From contig NW_024704743.1 in assembly GCF_018977255.1 (NCBI RefSeq), forward strand, positions 13,332,001 to 13,396,000: a stretch of DNA of 64,000 nt, written 5' to 3'. Origin of the DNA: Callorhinchus milii (taxonomy: Eukaryota). Made by a program: the position numbers and the translations under genes. The notes below the pieces were generated by a model. It was not told where the DNA came from. It made no database searches and was given only the letters and a program-made list of their open reading frames with translations. Every line of letters begins with the position of its first letter. Position 1 is the first letter of the stretch. Of this stretch, positions 1-11,210 are shown in pieces.

Positions 1-2254
1 AAAAGCAGTAATACAGAAAATGGGGGATTAGATGGGAGAGAAATGCAGAGCAGACTCAGTCAGTCTTGAAGTGGATGTGCGTAAATGCACGGAGTGTGAC
101 GAATAAGGTTGGTGAGCTGCAGGCTCAAGTTGCCACATGGGGTTATGATGTAGTGGCAATAACAGAGACCTGGCTCAAACAAAGGCAGGAATGGGAGCTG
201 AATATTCCTGGCTACAATGTATTCAGGAGGGATAGGGAAGGAAGAAAAGGAGGGTTGATGTTGCTCAAGGTAGATAAGTCACCCAGTCCGGATGGGATGC
301 ATCCTAGGTTACTGAGGGAACAGAAGTAAGTGTGGAAATAACGGAGGCTCTAGTCACAGTCTTTCAATCCTTCTTGGACACTGGGGTGGTGCCAGAGGAA
401 TGGAGGTTGCAAATGTTACTCCCCTGTAGAAAAAGGGACAGAAGGATAAACCCGGGAACTACAGGCCAGTCAGCCTAACGTGAGTAGTGGCGAAACTTTT
501 AGAGCCTATGATCCGGGACAAAATAAATTTTCACTTAGAAAATATGGGTTAATAAAGGGACAGCCAACATGGGTTTGTTAAAGGCAAATCGTGATAGTTT
601 TCTGATGAAGTAATGGAGAGGGTGGATGAAGGTAGTGCAGCTGATGTAGTTTGCATGGATTATCAAAAGGCGCTTGATAAAGTGCCACAAAAGAGACTTG
701 CAAGCAAAATAGAAGCCCAGGGTATTAAAGGAATAGTGGCAGCATCGATACAGAACTGGCTGGGAGACAGAAAGCAGAGAGTGGTGGTGAACAGTTGTTT
801 TTCTGACTGTAGGAAAGTGTGCAGTGGTGTCCCCCAGGGATCAGTATTGGGACCACTGCTATCCTTGATCTATATAAATGAGCTGGACTTGGGTACAGGG
901 AGTACAATTTCCAAGATTGCAGATGATGCTAAGAAAAGTAATAAACAGTGAGGAGGATAGTAGCAGACTGCAAGGGGTCATGACAGATTGGTAAAATGGG
1001 CAAACTCATGGCAGAAGAAGTTTAATATGGAGATATGCGATTGATGCATTTTGTGAGGAACAACAACAACAAGATTCCATTTATAGAGCGCCTTTCACGT
1101 CGGGAGGACGTCCCAAGGCGCTGGACAGTTGGGTCAGGACCCGAGCCTTGGGGGGAAAATGGTCAGGGTGAGGGGAGGGAAGGGAGGGAGCGAGCGAGGA
1201 GGGGGTAGAGAGTCGAGAGGGGAGCTGAAGGCACGGTCAAAGAGAAAGGTCTTGAGACCGGCCTTGAAGGAGGAAAGGGAGGAGGCGGCGAAGGCACTGG
1301 GGGATAGAGTTCCAGAGCCTCGGGGCTGAGAGGCTGAAGGCCCGGCCACCGATGGTAGGGCGGTTGGGGCGGGGGATGTGGAGCAGACCGGAGCCAGAGG
1401 AACGGAGGGTACGGGCAGGTAGGTAGGGGGAGAGTAGGTCAGAGAGGTAGGAGGGAGCGAGGCCGTGAATGGCCTTGTAGGTGAGGATGAAGATCTTGAA
1501 TTCGAATGAGGAGAGGCAATATAAGCTGATGGTAGAATCTTAAAGGGGGTGAAGGAACAGAGAGACCTGGGGGTTCATAATCTTAAATCTATGAAGGTGG
1601 CAGTTCAGGTAAATAAAGCTGTTAAAAAAAAATATACGAGATACTAGGCTTTATAAATAGGGGCATAGAATACAAAAGTCAGGAAGATATGATGAACCTT
1701 TATAAAAAACTGTTCAGGCCTCAGCTAGAGACTGTGTTCAGTTTTGGGTACCTTACTTTAGGAAAGATGGCCAGGCATTGGAGAGGGTGCAAAGGAGATT
1801 TACCAGGATGGTACCAGGAATGAGGGACTTCAGTTATCTGGAGAACCTAGAGAAGCTAAGATTATTCTTCTTGGAGCAGAGAAGGTTAAGAGGAGACTTA
1901 AGTTTTCAAAATTATGAGGGGATTCGATAAGAAACTATTTCCACTGGCGGGTGGGTTGGTAACCTAAGGACACCGATTTAAAATAGTTGTTAAAAGAAAC
2001 AGAGGGGAGGTGAGGAGGAATTTTTTCACACAGCGAGTTGTTTGGATCTGGAATGCATTGCCTGAAAGGATGGCGGAAGCTGATTCGATAACAACTTTTT
2101 AGCGAGAAGTAGATAATTATTTGGGGAGGACAATTTTGCGGTGCTATGAAGAGAGTGCAGGGGAAATAGAATTGATTTCGTTAGCTCTTTTCAAAGAGCT
2201 GGCACAGATACGACAGGCCAAATAGCCTCCTTCTGTGCTGTATGATTCTATGAT
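1..2254 (+). mobile_element. CR1-clade LINE, decayed ORF2 (endonuclease N-terminus, RT, 3' UTR), internally deleted and interrupted by an L2
   Basis: ORF 66..329 has CVNARSV..YDVVAITETWL..IPGYNVFRRDR (APE endonuclease) and KVDKSPSPDGMHPRLLRE. ORF 613..951 has [27 protein letters not shown] (RT). It ends in a CR1-type TATGATTCTATGAT tail at ~2241-2254. Frameshifts and stops throughout. Confidence 0.93.
1061..1505 (-). mobile_element. Young 5'-truncated L2 LINE nested in CR1
   Basis: (TTG)n tail, read as caacaacaac at 1061, and 3' stem-loop GGGACGTCCTCCCGACGTGAAAGGCGC on the minus strand. Near-identical to the 3' end of the L2 at 52925-54076. The CR1 resumes at ~1504. Confidence 0.92.
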
Positions 2255-3017
2255 AATTACATTAAATCTGTACTTGTTCAGCGTCCTTTTAAGCTCAAAT
2301 CCATGTCACCTTGTTGTAGATTTTTGCCCATGTTTAACATATCACTAGGGCTCAGTTTATCTCTGCTCTTTAGATTCTTAACTAGTTTGAGCCTTCTCTT
2401 TAGTATAAATATTATATAGTCAGCTTACTTTGCCTTCACTTACTTTCATCAATCCCAACATGCACACAGGGAGACCAGAATTATATGCTTTATAACTAGC
2501 TAATATTGAAACGAAGTGCAAAATGCAAACTTGTATTATCTCCCCCCACCCACCACCCCCCACACACGCTCCCCTCTCCATGCCACCATCAGTGGCCAAG
2601 CCTTCAGTTGCTATGCCCCTTACCATCCCACCATCTGTGTAGCCCTCTTTCCACCCTTTCCTTTTGTCTTGTGTGTATATGTGTGTATAATGTGTCTGGT
2701 GTATGATTGGTACGTGCGGGATGTGTGTGTTCATCTCACAGACCTCCTGTCCACTAATTTTATGCCCATGGCAAATTTGAGAGGAACATTCAACAGGAGC
2801 AGACGTGTGTGGTGACTGAAAAATCTGATTTTGTTAATCTAATTAAGTGAGTCTCAGGTTTGAAAGAACTAAACCTATATCTTTCAGGCCTGCGGGAGGC
2901 TGATTTGAAAGAAATTTGTGCCTACTTGACATCATATCATTGTTCCATTAGGTGGATAAGAGATACTGAAAGTGCCTGAAGCACACAATAGGCAGAATTA
3001 CATCTTTCACCTACTTT

Positions 3018-3338
3018 GGAGTCCTGTAGCTCAGTGGTTAGAGCACTCGCTTTGCAAGCGAGAGACCCGAGTTCAATTCCAGGCAGGGCGAAACCTTGGG
3101 AAAGTTTCCTTACTCCACACGCCTAATAATAATCCCTCCAAAACCAAAAATAATAATAAAATTGGTCATTTTCAATCTACGATTGTTTGTGGGACATTGC
3201 TGTGCGCAATTGGCTGCTGCGTTCGCCCACAAATATACAGTCAATTCACTTTACAGTGTGTTCCGTGAAGTGCTTTGGGACGTCCTCCCGACGTGAAAAA
3301 CGCTATATCAAATGCAAGGATTATTATTATTATTATTA
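3018..3338 (+). mobile_element. tRNA-derived SINE, short young subfamily
   Basis: A box TAGCTCAGTGG, B box GTTCAATTCC, arm CTCGC-TTTGCAA-GCGAG, Deu-like body, L2-type stem-loop and (TTA)n tail. An older SINE 3' remnant follows at 3341-3500. Confidence 0.92.
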
Positions 3339-3500
3339 AAAATCCCTTCAAAAAATTTAAAAAAAAAAATGATTTGGTTATTCAATCCAAAATATACAGT
3401 CAATTCACTTTACAGTATATTCTGAGAAGCGCTTTGAGACATCTCGATGATTTGATCAGGGGTTATATTAAATGCAAGGATTATTATTATTATTATTATT

Positions 3501-4075
3501 GCACCCTTCACATCAGAAAAATGTACCAGGGCGCTGAACAGTCAGGGTTTTTTTGATCCAAACTGGGAGTTGGGGTCAGGAGGGCTAGAGGGCTTGAGTG
3601 GGGGGTGGAAGGGTGGTCGAAGGTATGGTCAAGGAGAAGGGTTTTTAGATGTGACTTGAATGAGTCAAGACAGGGTGTGAGGCGGAGGGATTGCAGGATA
3701 GAGTTCTAGAGTGTGGGGAAAGAGATGCTGAATATCTGATCACCAATGGTGGGGCAGGAAGTTTAAGGGACCTGAAGCAGGCTGGTGTCTACCAAACGGA
3801 GGGAGCGAACAGGCTGATATGGGATTAGGAGGTCGGAAGGGGAGGGGGGGGGGGGGTGAGCAAGACCGTGGAGGGCTTTGAAGGTTAGAACAAGGGTTTT
3901 GTACTCAATTTTCTGAGGGATGGAGAGTCAGTGAAGCCAGGCAGCGGTGATTGGTTCGTGGAACCTGGTGCAGGAGAGGACACGAGCTGCAGCGATTCGA
4001 ATAATCTGGAGCTTGTGGAGGGGAAAATTGGGAAGTCCAGCGAGCAGGCAGTTGGCGTAGTCCCACAAACAGACA
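3501..4075 (-). mobile_element. Older L2 3' fragment
   Basis: ORF 3928..4146 has LLAGLPNFPLHKLQIIRIAAARVL..PITAAWLH (L2 ORF2 C-terminus). Decayed L2 3' end near 3501-3540. Confidence 0.85.
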
Positions 4076-4084
4076 TGAAGTGAT

Positions 4085-4300
4085 CGGACACCGGGAAAAA
4101 CTCTTTTTGAGTTGTGCCATGGGATCTTTAATGCCCACCTGAACAAGCGGATAGAATCTTACTTTATCATCTCATCCAAAGGTTGGCACCTCAAACAATG
4201 TAGAACAGCCCACACCCAGCAGTGTATTGGAGTGTCATCTTAGACTATATGAGTTCAAAGTCTCAACATGGGGCTTGAACCTCAACCTTCTGACTCATAA
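4085..4300 (-). mobile_element. Old SacSINE1/DeuSINE-like fragment
   Basis: gtgccatgggatctttaatgcccacctgaac...ggcttgaacc..ccttctgactca is shared with the copies at 24011, 27675, 33625 and 37585. Confidence 0.75.
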
Positions 4301-4409
4301 AAAAAGGATCTACAAGGGCATAGGCAATCACAAAATACACAGAAGAATGGAGGATAAATGTTGTATGTGATAATTATCACATCTCACCTCCAATACTCTA
4401 CCTGGGTGG

Positions 4410-4690
4410 AAATTTTCAGCAGGTCACTCAACTGTAGAGGGCAACATAGCCAAATCTAATCACTCCACACTGGATGACACACACAAAGACACATACACAA
4501 CCAATAGAGGGTGCTGTAGATGGAGCAGGGGCAGGAACTCTGGCTGTTTTCCCCCTCCAAACCTGCAAAGACAGAGCCAGTTTATCCTCCCATAGAGCCC
4601 CAACTGACACCAGAAAACTTAGCATGGACCTGGATTTGAACCAATCAGTTCCTTGTCCTCAAACTGCAGCTCTATCCATGATTACACCAT
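4410..4690 (-). mobile_element. Old tRNA-headed SINE, AmnSINE2-like
   Basis: Homologous to 28830-29190 (ccaatagaKggtgctg..ggagc..aaYttagcat..gaacc). The family name is recalled, not aligned. Confidence 0.55.
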
Positions 4691-5084
4691 AATGTAGAGT
4701 TTGGGATTCACTATACATGACCAGTTGAAGCTTGATACAAAAAACAATACAAAATTACATTTGTATTACGCTTTTCATGTCGAGAGGACATCCCAAGGCT
4801 CTGGACAGTCAGGGGTTTGAACCCGAACTGGGGGTTGGGATCAGGGAGTTGGAGGGCAGGGAAGGTTGGAGGGTGGCCTAAGTGAGCGAGGAAAAGAGAA
4901 TATAGGATGGAGTTCCAAATTGATGAATACTTTCACCACACACACACACACACAGTAAGGAGCGCGAGGCTTAAATGCAAAATACTTCAGCATTTTACTC
5001 ATGTGTGTGCCACTGAATAGAATTTATTTTTTTACATGGGGGAGGGTGGAATTTGTATTTCTCTGAAATGCTTACAATAAAATT

Positions 5085-5425
5085 AACAAATTGAATTTAT
5101 ACAGTGCCTTTCACATCAGGAGGACATATGAGGATTTGCACCCGAGGCGGGGGGGGAGGGGAATTTGTGAGGGTCTGGGAGAGCTATGGGGGGCATGGGA
5201 AAGGAGGAGATGATTGAAGGCATGGTGAAAGAGGAAGGTCTGGAGAAGGATCTTGAAGGAGACGAGGGACTTCAGGCGGACAGGACGGAGAATGTGAAGC
5301 AGGCCAGTGCCTGCCGTGTGGAGGGAGTGGGTAGGTCAGTAGAGTTTAAGAAGTTCACAGAGGTAGGGTGGGGCAAGACCATGGAGGGATTTAAGTGAAG
5401 ATGGGGAATTTTTAACTCATTCCTC
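5085..5425 (-). mobile_element. L2 3' fragment
   Basis: Decayed L2 3' end (gtgcctttcacatcaggaggac) plus purine-rich L2 3' sequence. Confidence 0.75.
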
Positions 5426-5504
5426 AGAAAGAAGAACAATCCTCAATTCACTCACAAAGAAAATTCTGCTCCATCAGAAGTAATGAATGGAGACTGACGG
5501 CAGC

Positions 5505-6142
5505 TTATGCTCCGCCACTGTCTCACACCGCAGACTGCCAAAACCCTCATACATGTTTTCATTACATTGAGGCTCATTACTATGTGAACTCACTGCTTAT
5601 TGGCCTCCCCAACTCTTCCTTCCATAGGCTGCAGATCATCAGAACTCTGCAGCCCGTGTCCTCTCCTGCACTTGGCTCGCGACCCTATCACCCCCATCCT
5701 CGTCCAACTTCACGGGCTTCCCATCACACAGAGGATGCAGTTCAAGATCCTGGTCCTCACCTTCAAAGCCCTCCATGGTCTTGCTCCCCCCTACCTTTCC
5801 GACCTCCTAACCCCTTACCAATCTGTTCACTCCCTCCGCTCAGTGGGCTCCGGCCTGCTTCACGTCCCCCACCTCACTTGCCCCACTATTGGCGGATGGG
5901 CCTTCCACCACTCTGCCCCCACCCTCTGGAACTCTTCTTCCCACCCCTTCCCTCGCCACCTTCAAAACCCACCTCAAGACCCTCCTCTTCGACCATGTTT
6001 TTGATCTCTCTGCCCCCCCCCCCCGCCCTCCACCCTCCCCAACCCGCCCTCCAGATCGGGTCTGAAACTCTGTCTGTCCAGCACCTTGGGACGTCCTCCT
6101 GAGGTGAAAGGTGCTGTAGAAATGTAATATTGTTGTTGTTGT
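5505..6142 (+). mobile_element. L2 3' fragment
   Basis: ORFs 5584 and 5600 give NSLLIGLPNSSFHRLQII and RDPITPILVQLHGLPITQRMQFKILVLTFKALHGLAPPYLSDLL. Ends with the stem-loop and (TTG)n tail. Confidence 0.9.
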
Positions 6143-6194
6143 TTTACCATCAGCCCAGGGATTGTTCACTTGTTTCCAAAACCCCAAACAATAA

Positions 6195-7000
6195 TGGGGG
6201 TGGGGGTGTGGGGGCTGGGGGTGGGGGTGTGGGGGGCTGGGGGTGGGGGTGTGGGGCTGGGGGTGGGGGTGGGGGTGGGGGTGGGGGCGGGGGTGGGCGG
6301 GGGTGGGGTGGGGGGTGGGGGTGGGGGGGCTGGGGCTGGGGTGGGGGGCTGGGGTCGGGGTGTGGGGGGCTGGGCTGGGGGTGGGGGTGCGGGGCTGGGG
6401 TGGGGTGGGGGCTGGGGTGGGGGTGGGGGGCTGGGGTGGGGGTGGGGGGCTGGGGTGGGGGTGGGGGCTGGGGTCGGGGGTGGGGGGCTGGGGTGGGGGT
6501 GGGGGGCTGGGGTCGGGGTGTGGGGGGCTGGGGTCGGGGTGTGGGGGCTGGGGTGGGGGTGGGGGGCTGGGGTCGGGGTGTGGGGGGCTGGGGTGGGGGG
6601 GGGGGCTGGGGTGGGGGTGGGGGCTGGGGTGGGGGGGGGTGGGGGGCTGGGGTGGGGGTGGGGGGCTGGGGTGGGGGTGTGGGGGGCTGGGGTGGGGGTG
6701 TGGGGGGCTGGGCTGGGGGGGGGCTGGGCTGGGGGTGGGGTGTGGGGGCTGGGGTGGGGTGGGGGCTGGGGTGGGGGGCTGGGGTGGGGGGGCTGGGGGC
6801 TGGGGTGGGGGTGTGGGGGGCTGGGGTGGTGGGGGTGGGCTGGGGGGGGGGGCTGGGGCTGGGGGGGGGGGTGTGGGGGGCTGGGCTGGGGCTGGGGTGG
6901 GGGGCTGGGGGGGGGGGGGGGGGGGTGGGGTGGGGGTGTGGGGGGCTGGGCTGGGGTGGGGTGGGGTGGGGGCTGGGGTGGGGGGGTGGGGTGGGGTGGT
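6195..7000. repeat. G-run tandem repeat (GGGGT/GGGGCT/TGTGGGGGGCT units), G-quadruplex prone
   Basis: About 800 bp of G4-G6+ runs with 1-3 nt spacers and essentially no A on the + strand. Confidence 0.95.
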
Positions 7001-7412
7001 GAGGAGTGAGCCTGAGTGCTGCCGCTCTGGTAGCCCCTGACTCAACTCCAGCTCAAGTGAACGGCTCGGCTTCAGCCACACAGACAGATAACCGCCCGCA
7101 GCCGCGCTGCAGTGTGCGCTCACATTACAGGGAGAGGCGGCCGCGGCTGAAAGAAAGTTTAGAAGCAGCGCATTGCTGTGTAGAGCGGAAGTCCGGGGCT
7201 GTTGCGGTTGATTTTCGGAGCAGAGTCCTGTAAACGAGCCCGAGGTCTGGCGGCTGCGGAGCCCTCAGTGCCGGTGTCTGCGCTGCGCTGCTCACATGAG
7301 CCACGGCCTGAGAGCACCAAGTGACCAGGAGCCGCCCCGGGCGGGAGGGCGGACAGCGCCGCACAGCGCCGCACAGCGCCTGCCGCCCCGCAACACGCGC
7401 TGTTCGCTAACG
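7001..7412 (+). promoter_or_regulatory. CpG-island promoter and first exon of an unidentified gene
   Basis: The only long non-repetitive CpG-dense stretch in a CpG-depleted window. ETS/GABP core GCGGAAGT at 7185-7192, GC boxes GGGCGGGAGGGCGG at ~7339-7352, and consensus donor ACG|GTAAGT at 7412/7413. Confidence 0.75.
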
Positions 7413-7598
7413 GTAAGTGCGGATGTTCAAAAGCTGAAGCTGCTGTTTAACAGCTGACACCGAGCGCCATTTCCGTCTTGGGTGCAACATTTGGCAATGA
7501 GTCTGAAGTGGGTGTATTTTTGTGAACAGCTTTAGTTTAGTATAAATTCCCAGGAATACAGTGTAAACTGCGCTTCCCCGCAACCCCCGGGTCAGGGC

Positions 7599-9675
7599 GT
7601 GCGGGCTGTTTGCGGGCTGGCTGTTTGCGGGCTGTTTGCGGGCTGGCTGTTTGCGGGCTGGCTGTTTGCGGGCTGTTTGCGGGCTGTTTGCGGGCTGGCC
7701 TGTTTGCGGGCTGGGCTGTTTGCGGGCTGGCTGGCTGTTTGCGGGCTGGCGGGCTGTTTGCGGGCTGGCGGGCTGTTTGCGGGCTGGCTGTTTGCGGGCT
7801 GGCTGTTTGCGGCTGGCTGTTTGCGGGCTGTTTGCGGGCTGGCTGTTTGCGGGCTGGCTGTTTGCGGGCTGTTTGCGGGCTGGCTGTTTGCGGGCTGGCT
7901 GTTTGCGGGCTGGCTGTTTGCGGGCTGGCTGTTTGCGGGCGTTTGCGGGCTGGCTGTTTGCGGGCTGGCTGTTTGCGGGCTGGCTGTTTGCGGGCTGGCT
8001 GTTTGCGGGCTGTTTGCGGGCTGGCTGTTTGCGGGCTGGCTGGCTGTTTGCGGGCTGGCTGGCTGTTTGGGGGCTGGCTGGCTGTTTGCGGGCTGGCGGG
8101 CTGTTTGCTGGCTGGCTGGCTGTTTGCGGGCTGGCTGTTTGCGGGCTGGCTGGCTGTTTGCGGGCGGGCTGTTTGCGGGCTGTTTGCGGGCTGGCTGTTT
8201 GCGGGCTGGCTGTTTGCGGGCTGGCTGTTTGCGGGCTGGCTGTTTGCGGGCAGTTTGCGGGCTGGCTGTTTGCGGGCTGGCTGTTTGCGGGCTGGCTGTT
8301 TGCGGGCTGGCTGTTTGCGGGCTGGCTGGCTGTTTGCGGGCTGGCTGGCTGTTTGCGGGCTGGCTGTTTGCGGGCTGGCTGTTTGCGGGCTGGCTGTTTG
8401 CGGGCTGGCTGTTTGCGAGCAGTTTGCGGGCTGGCTGTTTGCGGGCTGGCTGTTTGCGGGCTGGCTGTTTGCGGGCTGGCTGTTTGCGGGCTGGCTGTTT
8501 GCGAGCAGTTTGCGGGCTGGCTGTTTGCGGGCTGGCTGTTTGCGGGCTGGCTGTTTGCGGGCTGGCTGTTTGCGAGCAGTTTGCGGGCTGGCTGTTTGCG
8601 GGCTGGCTGTTTGCGGGCTGGCTGTTTGCGGGCAGTTTGCGGGCTGGCTGTTTGCGGGGCTGGCTGGCTGTTTGCGGGCTGGCTGTTTGCGTGCGGGCTG
8701 GCTGTTTGCGAGCAGTTTGCGGGCTGGCTGTTTGCGGGCGGGCTGTTTGCGGGCTGGCTGTTTGCGAGCAGTTTGCGGGCTGGCTGTTTGCGGGCTGGCT
8801 GTTTGCGGGCTGGCTGTTTGCGGGCTGGCTGTTTGCGAGCAGTTTGCGGGCTGGCTGTTTGCGGGCTGGCTGTTTGCGGGCTGGCTGTTTGCGGGCTGGT
8901 AGTTTGCGGGCTGTTTGCGGGCTGGCTGTTTGCGGGCAGGCTGTTTGCGAGCAGTTTGCAGGCTGGCTGTTTGCAGGCTGGCTGGCTGGCTGTTTGCGGG
9001 CTGGCTGTTTGCGGGCTGGCTGTTTGCGGGCTGGCTGTTTGCGGGCTGGCTGTTTGCGGGCTGGCTGTTTGCGGGCTGGCTGTTTGCGGGCTGGCTGTTT
9101 GCGAGCAGTTTGCGGGCTGGCTGTTTGCGGGCTGGCTGTTTGCGGGCTGGCTGTTTGCGGGCAGTTTGCGGGCTGGCTGTTTGCGGGCTGGCTGTTTGCG
9201 GGCTGGCTGTTTGCGGGCTGGCTGTTTGCGGGCTGGCTGTTTGCGAGCAGTTTGCGGGCTGGCTGTTTGCGGGCGGGCTGTTTGCGGGCTGGCTGTTTGC
9301 GAGCAGTTTGCGGGCTGGCTGTTTGCGGGCTGGCTGTTTGCGGGCTGGCTGTTTGCGAGCAGTTTGCGGGCTGGCTGTTTGCGGGCTGGCTGTTTGCGGG
9401 CTGGCTGTTTGCGGGCTGGTAGTTTGCGGGCTGTTTGCGGGCTGGCTGTTTGCGGGCAGGCTGTTTGCGGGCAGGCTGTTTGCAGGCTGGCTGGCTGGCT
9501 GTTTGCGGGCTGGCTGTTTGCGGGCTGGCTGTTTGCGGGCTGGCTGTTTGCGGGCTGGCTGTTTGCGGGCTGGCTGTTTGCGGGCTGGCGGGCTGGCTGT
9601 TTGCGGGCGGGCTGGCTGTTTGCGGGCTGGCGGGCTGGCTGTTTGCGGGCTGGCTGTTTGCGGGCTGTTTGCTGG
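7599..9675. repeat. CpG-containing minisatellite, core GGCTGGCTGTTTGCG (15 bp) with 11 bp and 19 bp variants
   Basis: Directly visible tandem array of ~2.1 kb, roughly 140 units, starting ~190 bp after the exon-1 donor. Confidence 0.97.
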
Positions 9676-10349
9676 CAACTCGGGGTTCAGAGAGTTGTTT
9701 TATGGATCACGCAATTATTCACAATCTGTCAGTTCTGAAGGTTTTTTTTTGAACAAAAAACACATTGATGTGTGTGTGTGTGTTTAGTAATTGGTGTTTT
9801 GTTGATACGCGGAGATTAATGGATCAGTGCTTTGCTTCTCTCTGAGCTGAGGCACAGCTGGAGCGTGTCACCTACAGCACATGGTGATGTGTGGTGACAG
9901 GTTAACACCAGGCCTGAGAGTGACATGGTGTTTGTGCAGGAGGATGGCAGGTGCACAGGAAGAGAGCAAACCATTAGCTGAGTCAGTCAAAGGCACAGTT
10001 TAAGAACCTGGGCAGAGTTTTTCTTTGTGTGGGATGGGGGGAGAACCAGAGACTGAATAAACCACCTCTCAAATGTGTTACATGGTCCTGGTTACTCACT
10101 GGTACCTGTGTTTTTATTAGTTGAAATGATAGGCCACTTTGTTAAAAGTCAGGTGGCTTCAGGTTTTGTGAGTGTGAGCGCAGAGACCCACACAGGGTCA
10201 CAAGCCATCTGACTTTGTGTGCTGTAGATGTGTGACAGTGAACAGAGATTAATGCTACATCAGAGATAAGTGACTCCCAAGGCACGCAGACACTTGTTGA
10301 AATACGAAAGAAAAGCAGACCCTCAGATGCAATACATCAGCAGGTGATT

Positions 10350-11210
10350 TACTTTGAATTTTGAACTCTATCCTCTGAGGGATGGGGAGCCAGTGGAGCC
10401 GGGCGAGGGTGGGGGTAATGGGGTCAAGGAGCCTGGTGCAGGAGAGAACATGAGCTGCAGAGTTCTGGATGATCTGCAGCTTGTGGAGGAAAGAGTTGGG
10501 AAGGCCGACAAGGAGGGAGTTTCCGTAGTCAAGCCTTGAGCTGACGAATGCACATATGAGGGTTTCTGTGGCCTGAGGGGTGAGGCAGTGACAGAGTCGG
10601 GAAATGTTGCAGAGGTGGGAGAAAGGACGATTGAGAACCGAACAAGACGCCCAGGTTCCTGACTGGCTTGGTGAAGTGGAGTGTCCAACCTTGGATGCTG
10701 ATGCTGCCAGTGCCTGAGGTGCAGAAGCGCTGGTGTGAAACAGTCAGGAGGGCCTCGGTCTTGCTGACATTCAGCTGTAGAAAGTTGGCTTTCATCCAGG
10801 ACTTGATGTCTGGCAGACAGTCTGTCAGGACGTCAGCAGTCCTGGAATCGAGGGTGGCGGCAGAGAGATAGAGTTGGGTGTCATCTGTGTACATGTGGAA
10901 GTTTACCCCATGCAAGGAGCATATAGAGGTTGAAGAGGAGTGGACTGAGGACAGAGCCCTGAAGAACACTGCACAAAATTGTGCAGGAGCTGGAAGAGAA
11001 ACCATTGACAGAGACAAATTGGAGATGGTGTGAGAAATAAGACCTGAACCATTCAAGGACAGAACCTTGAAGGTTAAGGTGAGAGGAGAGGTGGTGGAGG
11101 AGGATGGAGTGGTCCAAGGCTGCAGAGAGGTCAAGCGAGACAGAAGCAGCCCTGGTCACAGATGGACAAAATGTTATTTGTCACCTTGAACAGAATAGTT
11201 TCCGTGCTGT
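10350..11210 (-). mobile_element. L2 LINE RT fragment
   Basis: ORFs 10529 and 10881 give LDLSAALDHSILL..QGSVLSPLLF and HMYTDDTQLYL..NFLQLNVSKTEALL..VRNLGVLF. Confidence 0.92.

Noticed and set aside
3018..3090. tRNA-Ala(TGC)-like gene, and all similar heads
   Set aside because: No complementary acceptor stem, and each runs into a SINE body and tail. These are SINE heads.
5840..7123. Pro-rich 427 aa and Gly/Trp-rich ORFs
   Set aside because: Artefacts of the G-run tract.
7537..9787. Long ORFs of 290-713 aa (PARKQ/PQTAS/PANSQ and LRAGC/FAGWL repeats)
   Set aside because: These are translations of a stop-poor minisatellite, open in several frames on both strands and switching frame with the unit indels.
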